Program-made: the position numbers and the translations under genes | Assembly: GCA_964635575.1 (NCBI GenBank) | Contig: CAZWNY010000003.1 | Location: 165 to 64,164, forward strand | DNA length: 64,000 nucleotides | Origin: an uncultured Kordia sp. | Lineage (GTDB): Bacteria > Bacteroidota > Bacteroidia > Flavobacteriales > Flavobacteriaceae | Reading direction: 5' to 3' | Notes under the pieces: generated by a model | Database searches by the model: none | Told to the model about the DNA's origin: nothing | Seen by the model: only the letters and a program-made list of their open reading frames with translations | In this document: one piece after another, positions 41,494-51,103 of the stretch | How the letters are laid out: each line of letters opens with the position of its first letter | Position numbering within the stretch: the first letter of the stretch is position 1

Positions 41494-42759
41494 CTAAACT
41501 ATTTCTAATAGTTTTTCTATAGTGTCATATATTTTTTGCAACTGTTTTTTTGTAATAATAAAAGGAGGTAAAATGTAAATGGTTTTTCCTAAAGGACGTA
41601 AACAAACTCCTTTTTTCATAAAAAAGTTAAAAATCTCTTGTCGTTTACTTCCATATCTATCCATTTTTATGTTTAAATCGAGGGCAAAAATAACGCCTAT
41701 TTGTCGAGTAGATTCTACTTTTTTATGTATTTTTATTCGTTTCTGAAAATTTTGATGCATTGCTGTTATTTGAGCTATATTTTTCTGTATTTCATCAGAC
41801 TGTAATAACTCCAGACCTGCAATAGCTGCTGTACAAGCAATTGGGTTTGCTGTATATGTATGTGCATGAAAAAATGCTTTCCCAACGCTATCATCTAAAA
41901 AAGCATCATATATTTTTTGCGTACATGTGGTTATTGCCATTGGCACAAAACCAGCGGTTAACGATTTCCCTAACGAAATAATATCGGGTTGATTTTTCAG
42001 ATATTCTGAAGCGAAATTTTTGCCTGTTTTCCCAAAACCTGTCATTACCTCATCTGCAATACATAAAACATGGTGTTGTTTGCAAAGTGTTAAAATCTCG
42101 TCTAAGTGTTCGGGCTTAAACATGCGCATACAATTTGCACCTTGCACCAAAGGTTCGTAAATAAAAGCGGCTACTTTATTGTTTTTTATATGGTTTTTAA
42201 GCAGTTTTAAAACCTGATTATTGTTTTTATTTGTAGGCACAGGTATGCGCTTTACATCTATAAAAAAATCTTCAAAAGGCCCGTTATAAACCGACAATCC
42301 TGAAACTGACATGGCTCCGAAAGTATCTCCATGAAATCCGTTTTCAAAAGCAATTATAGTATTTCTTTTTTCGCCAATATTAAAATAATATTGTATTGCC
42401 ATTTTTATGGCAATTTCATTGGCGGTAGAACCATTGTCTGAAAAAAACACTTTCTGCTGGTTTTTGGGTGCTATTTCTATTAATTTTTCCGATAATTTTA
42501 CTGCGGGTTCATGTGTAAAACCTGCAAAAACAATTTGATCTAATTGTTGCATTTGTTTAGCAACTGCTTCTGTTATTTTAGGATTACAATGTCCGTACAT
42601 TGATGTGTACCAAGAGGCAATTCCATCAATATATTCGTTACCGTTTTCATCATATAAAATTGCGCCTTTTGCTTTTACAATAGGCAAACTATTGGGGTTG
42701 TTTTTATGTTGCGTTAGCGGATGCCAAATGTGTTTTTTATCGCGTTGTTGTAGGCTCAT
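41494..42759 (-). CDS. bioA: Adenosylmethionine-8-amino-7-oxononanoate aminotransferase
   Basis: 421-aa class III aminotransferase with HIWHP, DG.ASWY....GH and ADEV.TGFGKTG motifs, in a bio operon context. Confidence 0.9.
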   Translation of the reverse strand: MSLQQRDKKHIWHPLTQHKNNPNSLPIVKAKGAILYDENGNEYIDGIASWYTSMYGHCNPKITEAVAKQMQQLDQIVFAGFTHEPAVKLSEKLIEIAPKNQQKVFFSDNGSTANEIAIKMAIQYYFNIGEKRNTIIAFENGFHGDTFGAMSVSGLSVYNGPFEDFFIDVKRIPVPTNKNNNQVLKLLKNHIKNNKVAAFIYEPLVQGANCMRMFKPEHLDEILTLCKQHHVLCIADEVMTGFGKTGKNFASEYLKNQPDIISLGKSLTAGFVPMAITTCTQKIYDAFLDDSVGKAFFHAHTYTANPIACTAAIAGLELLQSDEIQKNIAQITAMHQNFQKRIKIHKKVESTRQIGVIFALDLNIKMDRYGSKRQEIFNFFMKKGVCLRPLGKTIYILPPFIITKKQLQKIYDTIEKLLEIV

Positions 42760-42762
42760 GGT

Positions 42763-43377
42763 TTATTTTAATTTATCTCGAAACAAATCGGCGTATTCTT
42801 GTATTACTTTTTTATCAAAATAAGGTTCTTCTTCTATCCGACCAATAACAGGTATTTTTGTAAAATTTATAATTGTTTTTTCCGTAGATTTATGTTCATC
42901 TCCCGAAAAAATTAACGCAACATCAAACCCTTTTTCTTTTAAAAGTTTTACGGTTAAAAGTGTGTGATTAATACTTCCTAAATAATGACGAGAAACGACA
43001 ATTACGGTATAGTTTTTTGGTATAATATCTAAAATCGTGTGTGTTTCGGTTAGCGGAACTAGCAAACCTCCTGCGCCTTCTATAACTAAATTGTTGTTTG
43101 TTTTTGGTGGCTTTATGTTACTTATATTAATTTTTACTCCGTCAATTTCAGCTGCCGAATCAGGACTCTTTGGTGTTTTTAAAGCGTATACGTTCGGATA
43201 AAAAACTGTTTTAGAGTTGCTAATTAATTGTTGTACTTTTTTAGTGTCACAAAAATCTAATTCCCCTGCTTGTACGGGTTTAAAATAGTCTGCCTCTAAA
43301 GCTTCTACAACTATTGCTGATGCTATTGTTTTTCCTACATCAGTAGAAATACCTGTAATAAAATATTTTTTTTTCAT
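42763..43377 (-). CDS. bioD: Dethiobiotin synthase
   Basis: 204 aa with the ITGISTDVGKT P-loop and EGAGG motif. Confidence 0.85.
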   Translation of the reverse strand: MKKKYFITGISTDVGKTIASAIVVEALEADYFKPVQAGELDFCDTKKVQQLISNSKTVFYPNVYALKTPKSPDSAAEIDGVKINISNIKPPKTNNNLVIEGAGGLLVPLTETHTILDIIPKNYTVIVVSRHYLGSINHTLLTVKLLKEKGFDVALIFSGDEHKSTEKTIINFTKIPVIGRIEEEPYFDKKVIQEYADLFRDKLK

Positions 43378-43433
43378 TTTTAATCAATTTCCTGTTTTAC
43401 AATCACAAATACACGAATGTTTAGGTTAATTTT

Positions 43434-43855
43434 TTATTCTATCGCTTCTTGGTTAAATTCTGCATTACAACTCTCGCAACGATAGGTATATTTTGTATGA
43501 AATGGTAAAATATTCGCAATTATAGCAATTAGAAAGAAAAAAAACGACTTTACATCCTTACCGTTGAGTAGTAACCTACGGTTTTTTTTTGGCAATTAGG
43601 GCAAGTAATAAGTTTTCCTTGATCGTTTACCGAGTAGGTTGATATTGTTTTTAATACTGCAAGTGCTTTTTCTTTTTGAACCGTTAAAACGTTTAATTTT
43701 ATTCCTCCAATAGCATTACTAAACAACGGATCTATATTTATAATATGTTCATCGGATAAATATACTTGAATGCCTTCTGATTGTAATTTACCTTTTAAAA
43801 TTTGCGCTTCAGATGCATAGGTAAAATTCGCTATTGTAATGTAATCGTTTTTCAT
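43434..43855 (-). pseudogene. DUF2007 + split zinc-ribbon/TM gene interrupted by a frameshift at an A9 homopolymer (pseudogene, sequencing error or recoding site)
   Basis: The -1 frame downstream of the A9 run (plus-strand T9 at 43582-43590) stays open to a TAA at 43434-43436. It encodes ...NRRLLLNGKDVKSFFFFLIAIIANILPFHTKYTYRCESCNAEFNQEAIE. This adds a TM helix and a second CxxC that pairs with the upstream CPNC. Confidence 0.5.
43550..43855 (-). CDS. DUF2007-like protein, N-terminal ORF (truncated in this reading frame)
   Basis: 101-aa ORF. A...A..L...L...GI......E.....P.......I.L.V resembles the DUF2007 fold. It ends shortly after a CPNC motif and an A9 run. Confidence 0.6.
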   Translation of the reverse strand: MKNDYITIANFTYASEAQILKGKLQSEGIQVYLSDEHIINIDPLFSNAIGGIKLNVLTVQKEKALAVLKTISTYSVNDQGKLITCPNCQKKTVGYYSTVRM

Positions 43856-43862
43856 ATTAATA

Positions 43863-45011
43863 TTATTTTACAAAAGTAGCTAAAAGTTGTAATACCTCTG
43901 TTATTTGTTGTTTGGTATTATAACTGTGCAAACAAAACCGTAAACGCTCTTTGCCAATTGGTACTGTTGGCGACAAAATAGCTTTAACGCCAAATCCTTT
44001 TTGGTGCAATTGTTGTGCAATTAATTTCACTTTTTCAGTACCCGAAATTACACAACATTGTATTGCAGACGTGCTATTAAAAAAATACCTTTGCATTTTT
44101 TTTTCTTTTATTTGTTGTTGAAAAAAATGAATGTTTTTTTGTAGTTTTTTTATTTCAGAACTTATTCCTAATTGTTGGTGTGCTATTTTTATAGTTGCTA
44201 ATGCGTGTGGTGGTAATCCTGTGGTGTAAATAAAACTTCGTGCAAAGTTTATTAAGTATTGTATTAGTTGCTCACTTCCTAAAATTACAGAACCATGACA
44301 ACCCAATGCCTTTCCGAAAGTTATAATTCTTGCAAAAACATCTTTTTCCAGCTTTAGTTGTTGCACTAATCCTTTTCCGTTTTCGCCAAAAACACCTAGC
44401 GAATGAGCTTCATCTACTATTAAATAAACCTTGTGTTTTTTACATAATTTTACCATTAATTTTAAATCAGGAGAATCTCCATCCATAGAAAATACGGATT
44501 CTGTTACTACATAAATTTCAAAAAATGTCGATTTAAATTGTTTTTTTACTCTAATTATTTTCTGCTCTAAATCATCTAAATTATTATGTTTAAATTTATA
44601 CGGCTTCGCATTCGATAATTGCACGCCATCTCTAATAGATGCATGTATATGTTCATCATATAAAACAACATCTTCCCGTTGTGGTACAGATGCAAAAAAA
44701 CCTAAATTAGCGGTGTAACCTGAATTAAAAATTAATGCTGATTCTGCTAAATAAAAATCACAAATATAGGCTTCTACAACGTTATATAATTGATGGTTTC
44801 CTGATAATAAACGAGAACCTGTTGCTCCGTTTTCTAGTGTTTTTTGGATTTTTAAACATTGATGTGCTTCTTCAAATATAATTTTATTTTTTGAAAATCC
44901 TAAATAGTCATTAGAAGAAAAATCGATTATAGAAGTCGGGGTTTCTAACTGTCGAAAGCTATTTGTTGCTTTACGGTTTTGTAATTTACGATGTAGTTTT
45001 TTAGGAAACAT
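43863..45011 (-). CDS. bioF: 8-amino-7-oxononanoate synthase
   Basis: 382-aa alpha-oxoamine synthase. It carries DYLG, GSRLLSG, VDEAHS.G and a TFGKALG PLP-Lys region. Confidence 0.9.
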   Translation of the reverse strand: MFPKKLHRKLQNRKATNSFRQLETPTSIIDFSSNDYLGFSKNKIIFEEAHQCLKIQKTLENGATGSRLLSGNHQLYNVVEAYICDFYLAESALIFNSGYTANLGFFASVPQREDVVLYDEHIHASIRDGVQLSNAKPYKFKHNNLDDLEQKIIRVKKQFKSTFFEIYVVTESVFSMDGDSPDLKLMVKLCKKHKVYLIVDEAHSLGVFGENGKGLVQQLKLEKDVFARIITFGKALGCHGSVILGSEQLIQYLINFARSFIYTTGLPPHALATIKIAHQQLGISSEIKKLQKNIHFFQQQIKEKKMQRYFFNSTSAIQCCVISGTEKVKLIAQQLHQKGFGVKAILSPTVPIGKERLRFCLHSYNTKQQITEVLQLLATFVK

Positions 45012-45175
45012 TTGCCAAAGATACTGTATTTTAAAAAACTAATCCTTTTAAAAACAAACCCTATGTTTGTACTGAATCATTAAGTTCAATTAGTAAGTGT
45101 AACTTTATAGTCATAACTTATTAAAAATGACAGTTTTTTTAAGTTTTTTTGTTTTTTTATTCACTATTTTCTATT

Positions 45176-46189
45176 TTACTTTAAAATTTCATTCCATTTT
45201 TTTTTTACTATTTCCCAACTAAATTTTTCCGCTTTCTGTCGGGCGTTTTGAGCAATAATTATTGCTTTTTCTGGATGATGATACAGGTCTAAAATTGCTT
45301 TTACAAATACTTCTTTATCATTTGGGTTTACTAATATTCCTGTTTTGTTATTCTCTATTAAATAAGGCAATCCACCTACATTTGTTGAAACTACTGGCAA
45401 TCCCAATGCCATTGCTTCTATTACACTTACTGGTGTATTGTCAAAATTGGTCGTATTTATAAATAAATCATATTTTTCAGATAACTTAAGCCATTCTTTT
45501 TGGGTTAACATTCCTGTAAAGGTAATTGGAAGTTGTTTTTTTTCTGAAAGCTGTTTGCATTCTTGCAAAGAGCCGTCTTTTTCGGGACCTACCATACAGA
45601 GTGAAACATGGTATCCTTTATTTTGCAATTCTTCTACAATTTTAAGAGCTAATTTAGGATGATATAATTTTGAAAAAGAACGCACCCATAATAATTTCAG
45701 TGTTATTTTTTTTCTACTTTTAAAAGGATAATTTTTTATTTCAATAGTATTTGGAATGTAACTAAGGTTGGTATATCCTTCTTTTTTAAACGCTTCAAAT
45801 AAATAATTAGAAGGCGCAATATTGATTTTTGCTTTTTCGAATAATTTTTTAGACAATTTTAGATTGGTTTTTAAACGTACAGGAAGGTTTCCGCCACTTA
45901 AAATAGGTATGTAAGGAATTTTAAAAAAACGACAAGTTTTTGCGACTGCAACTGCATAGTAAAAGTTTTGAGTGCTATACGTGTCTATTAAAACGACATC
46001 TATTTTGTTTCTGTTTACAAAGGTTTGCCATAACATGTCCAATAATCGTAATCCTTTATTTTGAATATTAGATACGGATTTTACTTTATAGCCTTCTTTT
46101 TTAAGAAAATTACCTAATGTTTCTATTAATGTAGCTGTACTTCCAGACTTAGATAGTTTGTTTCCTATGTAAAGTAATCTTGTTTTCAC
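45176..46189 (-). CDS. Glycosyltransferase family 4 (GT-B, Glycos_transf_1)
   Basis: 337 aa with the C-terminal E..-type motif NTPVSVIEAMALGLPVVSTNVGGLPYLIENNKTGILV. GTG start. Confidence 0.85.
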   Translation of the reverse strand: MKTRLLYIGNKLSKSGSTATLIETLGNFLKKEGYKVKSVSNIQNKGLRLLDMLWQTFVNRNKIDVVLIDTYSTQNFYYAVAVAKTCRFFKIPYIPILSGGNLPVRLKTNLKLSKKLFEKAKINIAPSNYLFEAFKKEGYTNLSYIPNTIEIKNYPFKSRKKITLKLLWVRSFSKLYHPKLALKIVEELQNKGYHVSLCMVGPEKDGSLQECKQLSEKKQLPITFTGMLTQKEWLKLSEKYDLFINTTNFDNTPVSVIEAMALGLPVVSTNVGGLPYLIENNKTGILVNPNDKEVFVKAILDLYHHPEKAIIIAQNARQKAEKFSWEIVKKKWNEILK

Positions 46190-46366
46190 GTGTAATTGTT
46201 ATTAAATTTTAAATTTAGAGCGACAAATTTGCATAGCTTAGTAATATTTTATAAAATACAGATGAAGTAGTACTATTCAAAATGTTTCTAAAAACCAATA
46301 CAACTTCTATCATTTCAATATGAAACAAAAGTAATTTTATATACGTTATTGCACTAATTGTTTATT

Positions 46367-47440
46367 TTAGCAGTTTTCATAATAAGAAAGCAATTTAGGG
46401 ATTATTACATCAAGAGAATGATTTTTTTTTACTTGATTTTTAAACGCAATTGCGTCTTTTTTTAATTTACTAGGATTTTCTATATAAAAAATGATTGCTT
46501 TTTCCAACTCCTCGCTATTTTTTTTGGACACAACTAATCCGTTTTTTTCATGTGTTACTACGGTAGCACAATCGCCAACATTAGTTACAATTACCGCTAA
46601 TTGGTTTTTACCGTATTCTAATAAACTAACTGGTAACCCTTCAATTTTTGAAGACAACAATCCTATTTCTGCTTGTTGCAATATATAATCGACATCATCG
46701 CAAGATCCGTAACTAAAAGTATTATTTTCTAATTTCAATTTTTTTATTGTTTTAAAAAGTGTTTTGGAATACGTATCTTCAAAAATTTTCCCTACCAAAT
46801 GCAATGTCCATTCTGGGTGTTTTTTTTGCACTTCTGCAAACGCTTTTATTAAATTAAAATGATCTTTTGCTGGACGAAAATTGGCTAAACAAACTATTTT
46901 CTTACCTTCTATTCCTTTTAAGTGTGTTGTTTTTTCTATATTTTTCGAAGAAAAATCAACAAAGTTCGGCACATAATATACTTTTTTACAATGTAAATTT
47001 TTAATTGCCCATTTTTTTAAATTATCATTAACGGCTATATTTACACTAAAAAAATAAGATGCCAATTTTAAAATAGCTAATTGAAAAAATGATAACTGCT
47101 CACTATTCCCATAATGATTATGCCAAATTATTTTTAATTTTGGATGTATTAATTTTACACATACTGCCAAAAAATAGGATGATGAATGTGCGTGAATAAT
47201 TGATATTTTATTGTTTTTTATAAACTTTTTTAGTTTCCAAATTGCAAAAATATCAATAGTCGTTTTTTTGTTTAAAAATAAGTAACTTACTTTTTTATCT
47301 ACTGTTTTTAGCAATGCGCCTTCTGCTCGTGTACTGCATAAATAAGATTTAGTTATGGCAGACAACATATTAGCACAACTTACTGCTATACGTTCTGCGC
47401 CTCCTGCTTCTAAAGAATCTATTAATTGTAATACTCGCAT
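46367..47440 (-). CDS. Glycosyltransferase family 4
   Basis: 357 aa with the N-terminal RVLQLIDSLEAGGAERIAV and the C-terminal EGLPVSLLEYG......VTNVGD....V....NGLVV. Confidence 0.85.
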   Translation of the reverse strand: MRVLQLIDSLEAGGAERIAVSCANMLSAITKSYLCSTRAEGALLKTVDKKVSYLFLNKKTTIDIFAIWKLKKFIKNNKISIIHAHSSSYFLAVCVKLIHPKLKIIWHNHYGNSEQLSFFQLAILKLASYFFSVNIAVNDNLKKWAIKNLHCKKVYYVPNFVDFSSKNIEKTTHLKGIEGKKIVCLANFRPAKDHFNLIKAFAEVQKKHPEWTLHLVGKIFEDTYSKTLFKTIKKLKLENNTFSYGSCDDVDYILQQAEIGLLSSKIEGLPVSLLEYGKNQLAVIVTNVGDCATVVTHEKNGLVVSKKNSEELEKAIIFYIENPSKLKKDAIAFKNQVKKNHSLDVIIPKLLSYYENC

Positions 47441-48558
47441 TATGGTTGTACTAATTTTGCTATTGCTGCTTCAAATTTATTTAAGGTATAATTTCTTGAC
47501 CAAGTTATTGCATTTTCGCAAGATTGCTGATATAAATCGTTGTTTTCTATGTATTTTTTAATTTCTTTTACGGCTAAATAAAGTTCGGACTCTATTAAAA
47601 CGCCACGTTTTCCTGCTTGTAGCATATATGGAACACAAGATATTTTAGTTACGATTGGCAAACAAGCCCAAAACATTGCTTCTGCTACTACTTTTGGCCA
47701 ACCTTCAGATTTTGATGGTAGTAATAAAAAATGAACCTTTTGTAATGTTTCTTTTATTGTTTTTTGGTTTTGATTTCCTTTTAAAACAACATCCGATTGC
47801 AAGTTTTTATCTGTAATGTATTTTTCTAAAATCCCTCGCATTTCGCCTTCTCCGTATAATTTTAAACTTACCAAACATCCTTCTTTTTGTAGCTGTTCTA
47901 CTATTTTTATTGCTAATAACGGACGTTTTCCTTCGGTTAAACTTCCTACAAAAACAAATTCTATTTTGGAGTTTGTTTTTCTAATTTCAATAAATTTTTT
48001 ATCTGACTCTGTATAAGTTGCTGTAAAAAACGGAATAATATTTTTTGATTGATTTTCCCATTTTCCATAAACTAAAACTTTACAATTTTTGGTTAAAAAT
48101 GTGTTTGAAACAATCCATTTTTGAAGTTTGTAACTAAAAGGTTGCTTACTTTTTGGGTTCCAATTTCCTGCATATTTTACAGTTTTGGGTTTTGATGGAA
48201 ATAAAATTTGAATTAAAGATCCTAAAAGCCCAATATTTCCTGGACAACGCAAATGAATATGATCTGCCCAACGCATTGCTTTATATATTTTTAATAATAT
48301 AATTGGTAATTTGGATATTGTTTTTAGCGAATTTATAAGTGTTTTAACATCAATACTTGGTATTTTACTTATTTCAATTTTTTTATGCGTGTACGCCGTT
48401 TCTATTTTAGTAATTTCGTTACTTGAAATAGGGCAGACTACCTGAACTTCTATTGCGTTTTTAATCCACAAGTTCATTTCTCTAATATAAGGTTCGTAAC
48501 CATAAATAAAGTTTTTATTTTGCTTGTGAATTGTATGTGTTATTATGGTAAATTTCAT
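47440..48558 (-). CDS. Glycosyltransferase, GT4-like
   Basis: 372 aa. LPSKSEGWPKVVAEAMFWACLPIVT is an EX7E-like region. It shares a 1-nt overlap (ATGA-type junctions) with both neighbours. Confidence 0.7.
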   Translation of the reverse strand: MKFTIITHTIHKQNKNFIYGYEPYIREMNLWIKNAIEVQVVCPISSNEITKIETAYTHKKIEISKIPSIDVKTLINSLKTISKLPIILLKIYKAMRWADHIHLRCPGNIGLLGSLIQILFPSKPKTVKYAGNWNPKSKQPFSYKLQKWIVSNTFLTKNCKVLVYGKWENQSKNIIPFFTATYTESDKKFIEIRKTNSKIEFVFVGSLTEGKRPLLAIKIVEQLQKEGCLVSLKLYGEGEMRGILEKYITDKNLQSDVVLKGNQNQKTIKETLQKVHFLLLPSKSEGWPKVVAEAMFWACLPIVTKISCVPYMLQAGKRGVLIESELYLAVKEIKKYIENNDLYQQSCENAITWSRNYTLNKFEAAIAKLVQP

Positions 48559-49559
48559 TAATTAATACGTTTTGGTGCGTTAAACAACAAACTTAGCCAT
48601 CCTATTTTTCTTCCCAAAAACTCTGTAAAAGAGGCTGTTTTATTTTTAGAAGTAAAAACATTGACAAACCTAACCGTCATCAGTAGTATTGCTATTGCAT
48701 TCCATTTAAAACGTGATTTTATAGTTGGTTTTGGGTGTTTTGTTCGCCAAACATACCAGCCGTTTCTAACAACCATTTTTCCGTAATCATATTTATTAGG
48801 TCTTCCTTTTTCTTCGTGATAATGGTATAAAGTTGCCGCTGTATTTACATATAATTGATGTTTTTTTGAAACTCGCAAACAATACTCTAAGTCTTCATAC
48901 AAACCGTAACCTTCAAAATATTCTGAAAATTTTATATTATCTACTATTTTTTTCTGAAAAGAAGAAACGCCTCCCATGAAATATTCTACTGAGTATGTTT
49001 TATTATTTGGCGGTAAACTTGCTACTGAAAATCCGTTAGAAAACTTGGGCATTATGCATGGTTTTGTATTGGCTAAAAGCCCTAGTTTTTTACGAAAAAC
49101 GTGTCTGTTTCCCAATTTACGCACATAACCGTCTATTTGATAATCATTATAAGCAAGTGTTTCGTTTGGCTTTAATTTTCGCCATTTTACTTCGTTTAAA
49201 ATATAACCACCAATTCCTGCCGCATCTGGGTAAACTTTATAAGTGCTTATTAATTTTTTAAAATAATTTTCTGTTAATACAGTATCGTCATCTAAAAAAC
49301 AGACAATTTCAATGTCGTTTGCTACTTTTTCTATTCCAAAATTACGTTGTTTGGTTAAGCCTCTATCTTTATCTTCTACTTTAAAATAGTGTAGGTTTTT
49401 GATTGATTTTTTTTGTAAATTTTTTTGAGTTTCAAAATTAATAGAACCGTCTATTATTAAAATTTCTGTGGGATACAAACTTTGTTTCACTACTGAATTT
49501 AATAGTTTCAATAATGGTTCTGGACGCATATATGTGCAAATAACTAGGCTGAATTTCAT
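48558..49559 (-). CDS. Glycosyltransferase family 2
   Basis: 333 aa with the N-terminal FSLVICTYMRPEPLLKLLNSV..Q, the FLDDD (DxD) motif and a C-terminal TM segment. Confidence 0.85.
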   Translation of the reverse strand: MKFSLVICTYMRPEPLLKLLNSVVKQSLYPTEILIIDGSINFETQKNLQKKSIKNLHYFKVEDKDRGLTKQRNFGIEKVANDIEIVCFLDDDTVLTENYFKKLISTYKVYPDAAGIGGYILNEVKWRKLKPNETLAYNDYQIDGYVRKLGNRHVFRKKLGLLANTKPCIMPKFSNGFSVASLPPNNKTYSVEYFMGGVSSFQKKIVDNIKFSEYFEGYGLYEDLEYCLRVSKKHQLYVNTAATLYHYHEEKGRPNKYDYGKMVVRNGWYVWRTKHPKPTIKSRFKWNAIAILLMTVRFVNVFTSKNKTASFTEFLGRKIGWLSLLFNAPKRIN

Positions 49560-51103
49560 TTTTTCATTAATTTATTTGCCCATTTTTCACTTATATTCCA
49601 AGCATTATTCATTTTTTTAACGTACTTAAAAGGGTTTTTAATTGCTTGCAATTTATAAAATTTAATAAACAATATTGTTTTGTAACCCAACAGTTGTTCT
49701 GGTGTTTTATGTTTTAAATTAAACGCCATAATTGTTGGCGATGGTTTGGGTTGTAGTTTTTCAATGTGCCATTTTTGTATATATTTAGCCCTAAAGCCTC
49801 CTGATGGTGCTTTTAAATGAAGTAAACTTATAAATGGCACATAAATATTATCGCAACCTGCATTTTTTAATTGTTTTCCGAAATCTACATCTTCTCCATA
49901 TCCAAATTCATGCTCCATAGCAAATTTTATTATTCCAATTTTAGCGGTTTCAACAATACTTGCATTTGTGCCAAAAGCTTGCCATTGAAAATAGGTTTTC
50001 ATTTTTTCGGTTTCTTCTTTTTGCAAGCAACTGTATGTTAGACAATCTGCTCCTAGTTTATTTATAGTTTTCAAGCTATTTTCTAACAGGAATTCATCAA
50101 ATAAAATATCATCATCAGCAAAGAAAACCCAATTTCCTGTAACTTTACTTAATGCAATATTTCGTGCATTACAAGCACCTAATTGATGTGTAAAAGTATG
50201 ATCTATTTGAAACGACCACGATTCTTTTGAAAGATAGTCTAGTTCTGAAATACTATTTTTAGTGACGTTTTGCTCTACAATAATTACTTTTTTAGGCACT
50301 ATTGTTTGTTTCTCTAAGTCTTTTAAGACATCATACAAATATTTTTTTCTTCCCAATGTAGGAATTACAACATCTACCGTAAAGTCTGTTTTTTCTATGC
50401 TTTTTTTGATGGATTTTATTTCTTTTTTGAATGGTTTTACTTCAACATCCATCTTTTTAATAAATATACTTCTAATAAAACTGCCCAACGGAACTCGTTT
50501 TTCGTACAGCAATACATTAAGCAGATACATTAATGTCCATCTTTTTTTATAAACAGATTTTATAAAAACCAGCAATTCTAATTCCGATATTTCTTTTTTT
50601 ACGGAACTATTTTTTTTTGTTGAATGTATTAATTTTGGTTCGCTATAACAGAAAACACCTTTAATTATACTGGTTTTAGCAACGACATTTAACGTAAATA
50701 AAAATGATTTTTTTGGATTATTTATTTTTATTGAATTTAACACATAGGCTGATGTTGCTCCAACATCTGTAGAAGACACCCAAGTTGAATATCTATTTTC
50801 TTTGTTTATATTTAAAAAAATAGATGCATTTATATATCCTAATTTTTTATTTAAATTGAAGTTTAAATTTGTATCAAAAGAAGCGAAAATAAGTTTGTGA
50901 TGAAAAATTTCTTTCCAATTATTGAGCACAATATTTTCTTTTAAACTTTCTAAACACCAACCAATTACCCTGTCAGGATATTGCTTTGCCAACAGTTGTA
51001 AACTTACAAAAATAGTGCTTGTTTTTTGCAAGTTTATAGGTGTATTTGAGTCGTAATCAAAAATAGACAGTACTTTATTATGTTTATGAAATACTACAAT
51101 CAT
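49556..51103 (-). CDS. Glycosyltransferase family 2 with an N-terminal domain of about 240 aa and unknown function
   Basis: 515 aa. The GT2 core begins around VDVVIPTLGRKKYLYDVLKDLEKQT, with the FFADDDILFD DxD motif. I recognise no motif in the preceding part. Confidence 0.75.
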   Translation of the reverse strand: MIVVFHKHNKVLSIFDYDSNTPINLQKTSTIFVSLQLLAKQYPDRVIGWCLESLKENIVLNNWKEIFHHKLIFASFDTNLNFNLNKKLGYINASIFLNINKENRYSTWVSSTDVGATSAYVLNSIKINNPKKSFLFTLNVVAKTSIIKGVFCYSEPKLIHSTKKNSSVKKEISELELLVFIKSVYKKRWTLMYLLNVLLYEKRVPLGSFIRSIFIKKMDVEVKPFKKEIKSIKKSIEKTDFTVDVVIPTLGRKKYLYDVLKDLEKQTIVPKKVIIVEQNVTKNSISELDYLSKESWSFQIDHTFTHQLGACNARNIALSKVTGNWVFFADDDILFDEFLLENSLKTINKLGADCLTYSCLQKEETEKMKTYFQWQAFGTNASIVETAKIGIIKFAMEHEFGYGEDVDFGKQLKNAGCDNIYVPFISLLHLKAPSGGFRAKYIQKWHIEKLQPKPSPTIMAFNLKHKTPEQLLGYKTILFIKFYKLQAIKNPFKYVKKMNNAWNISEKWANKLMKK

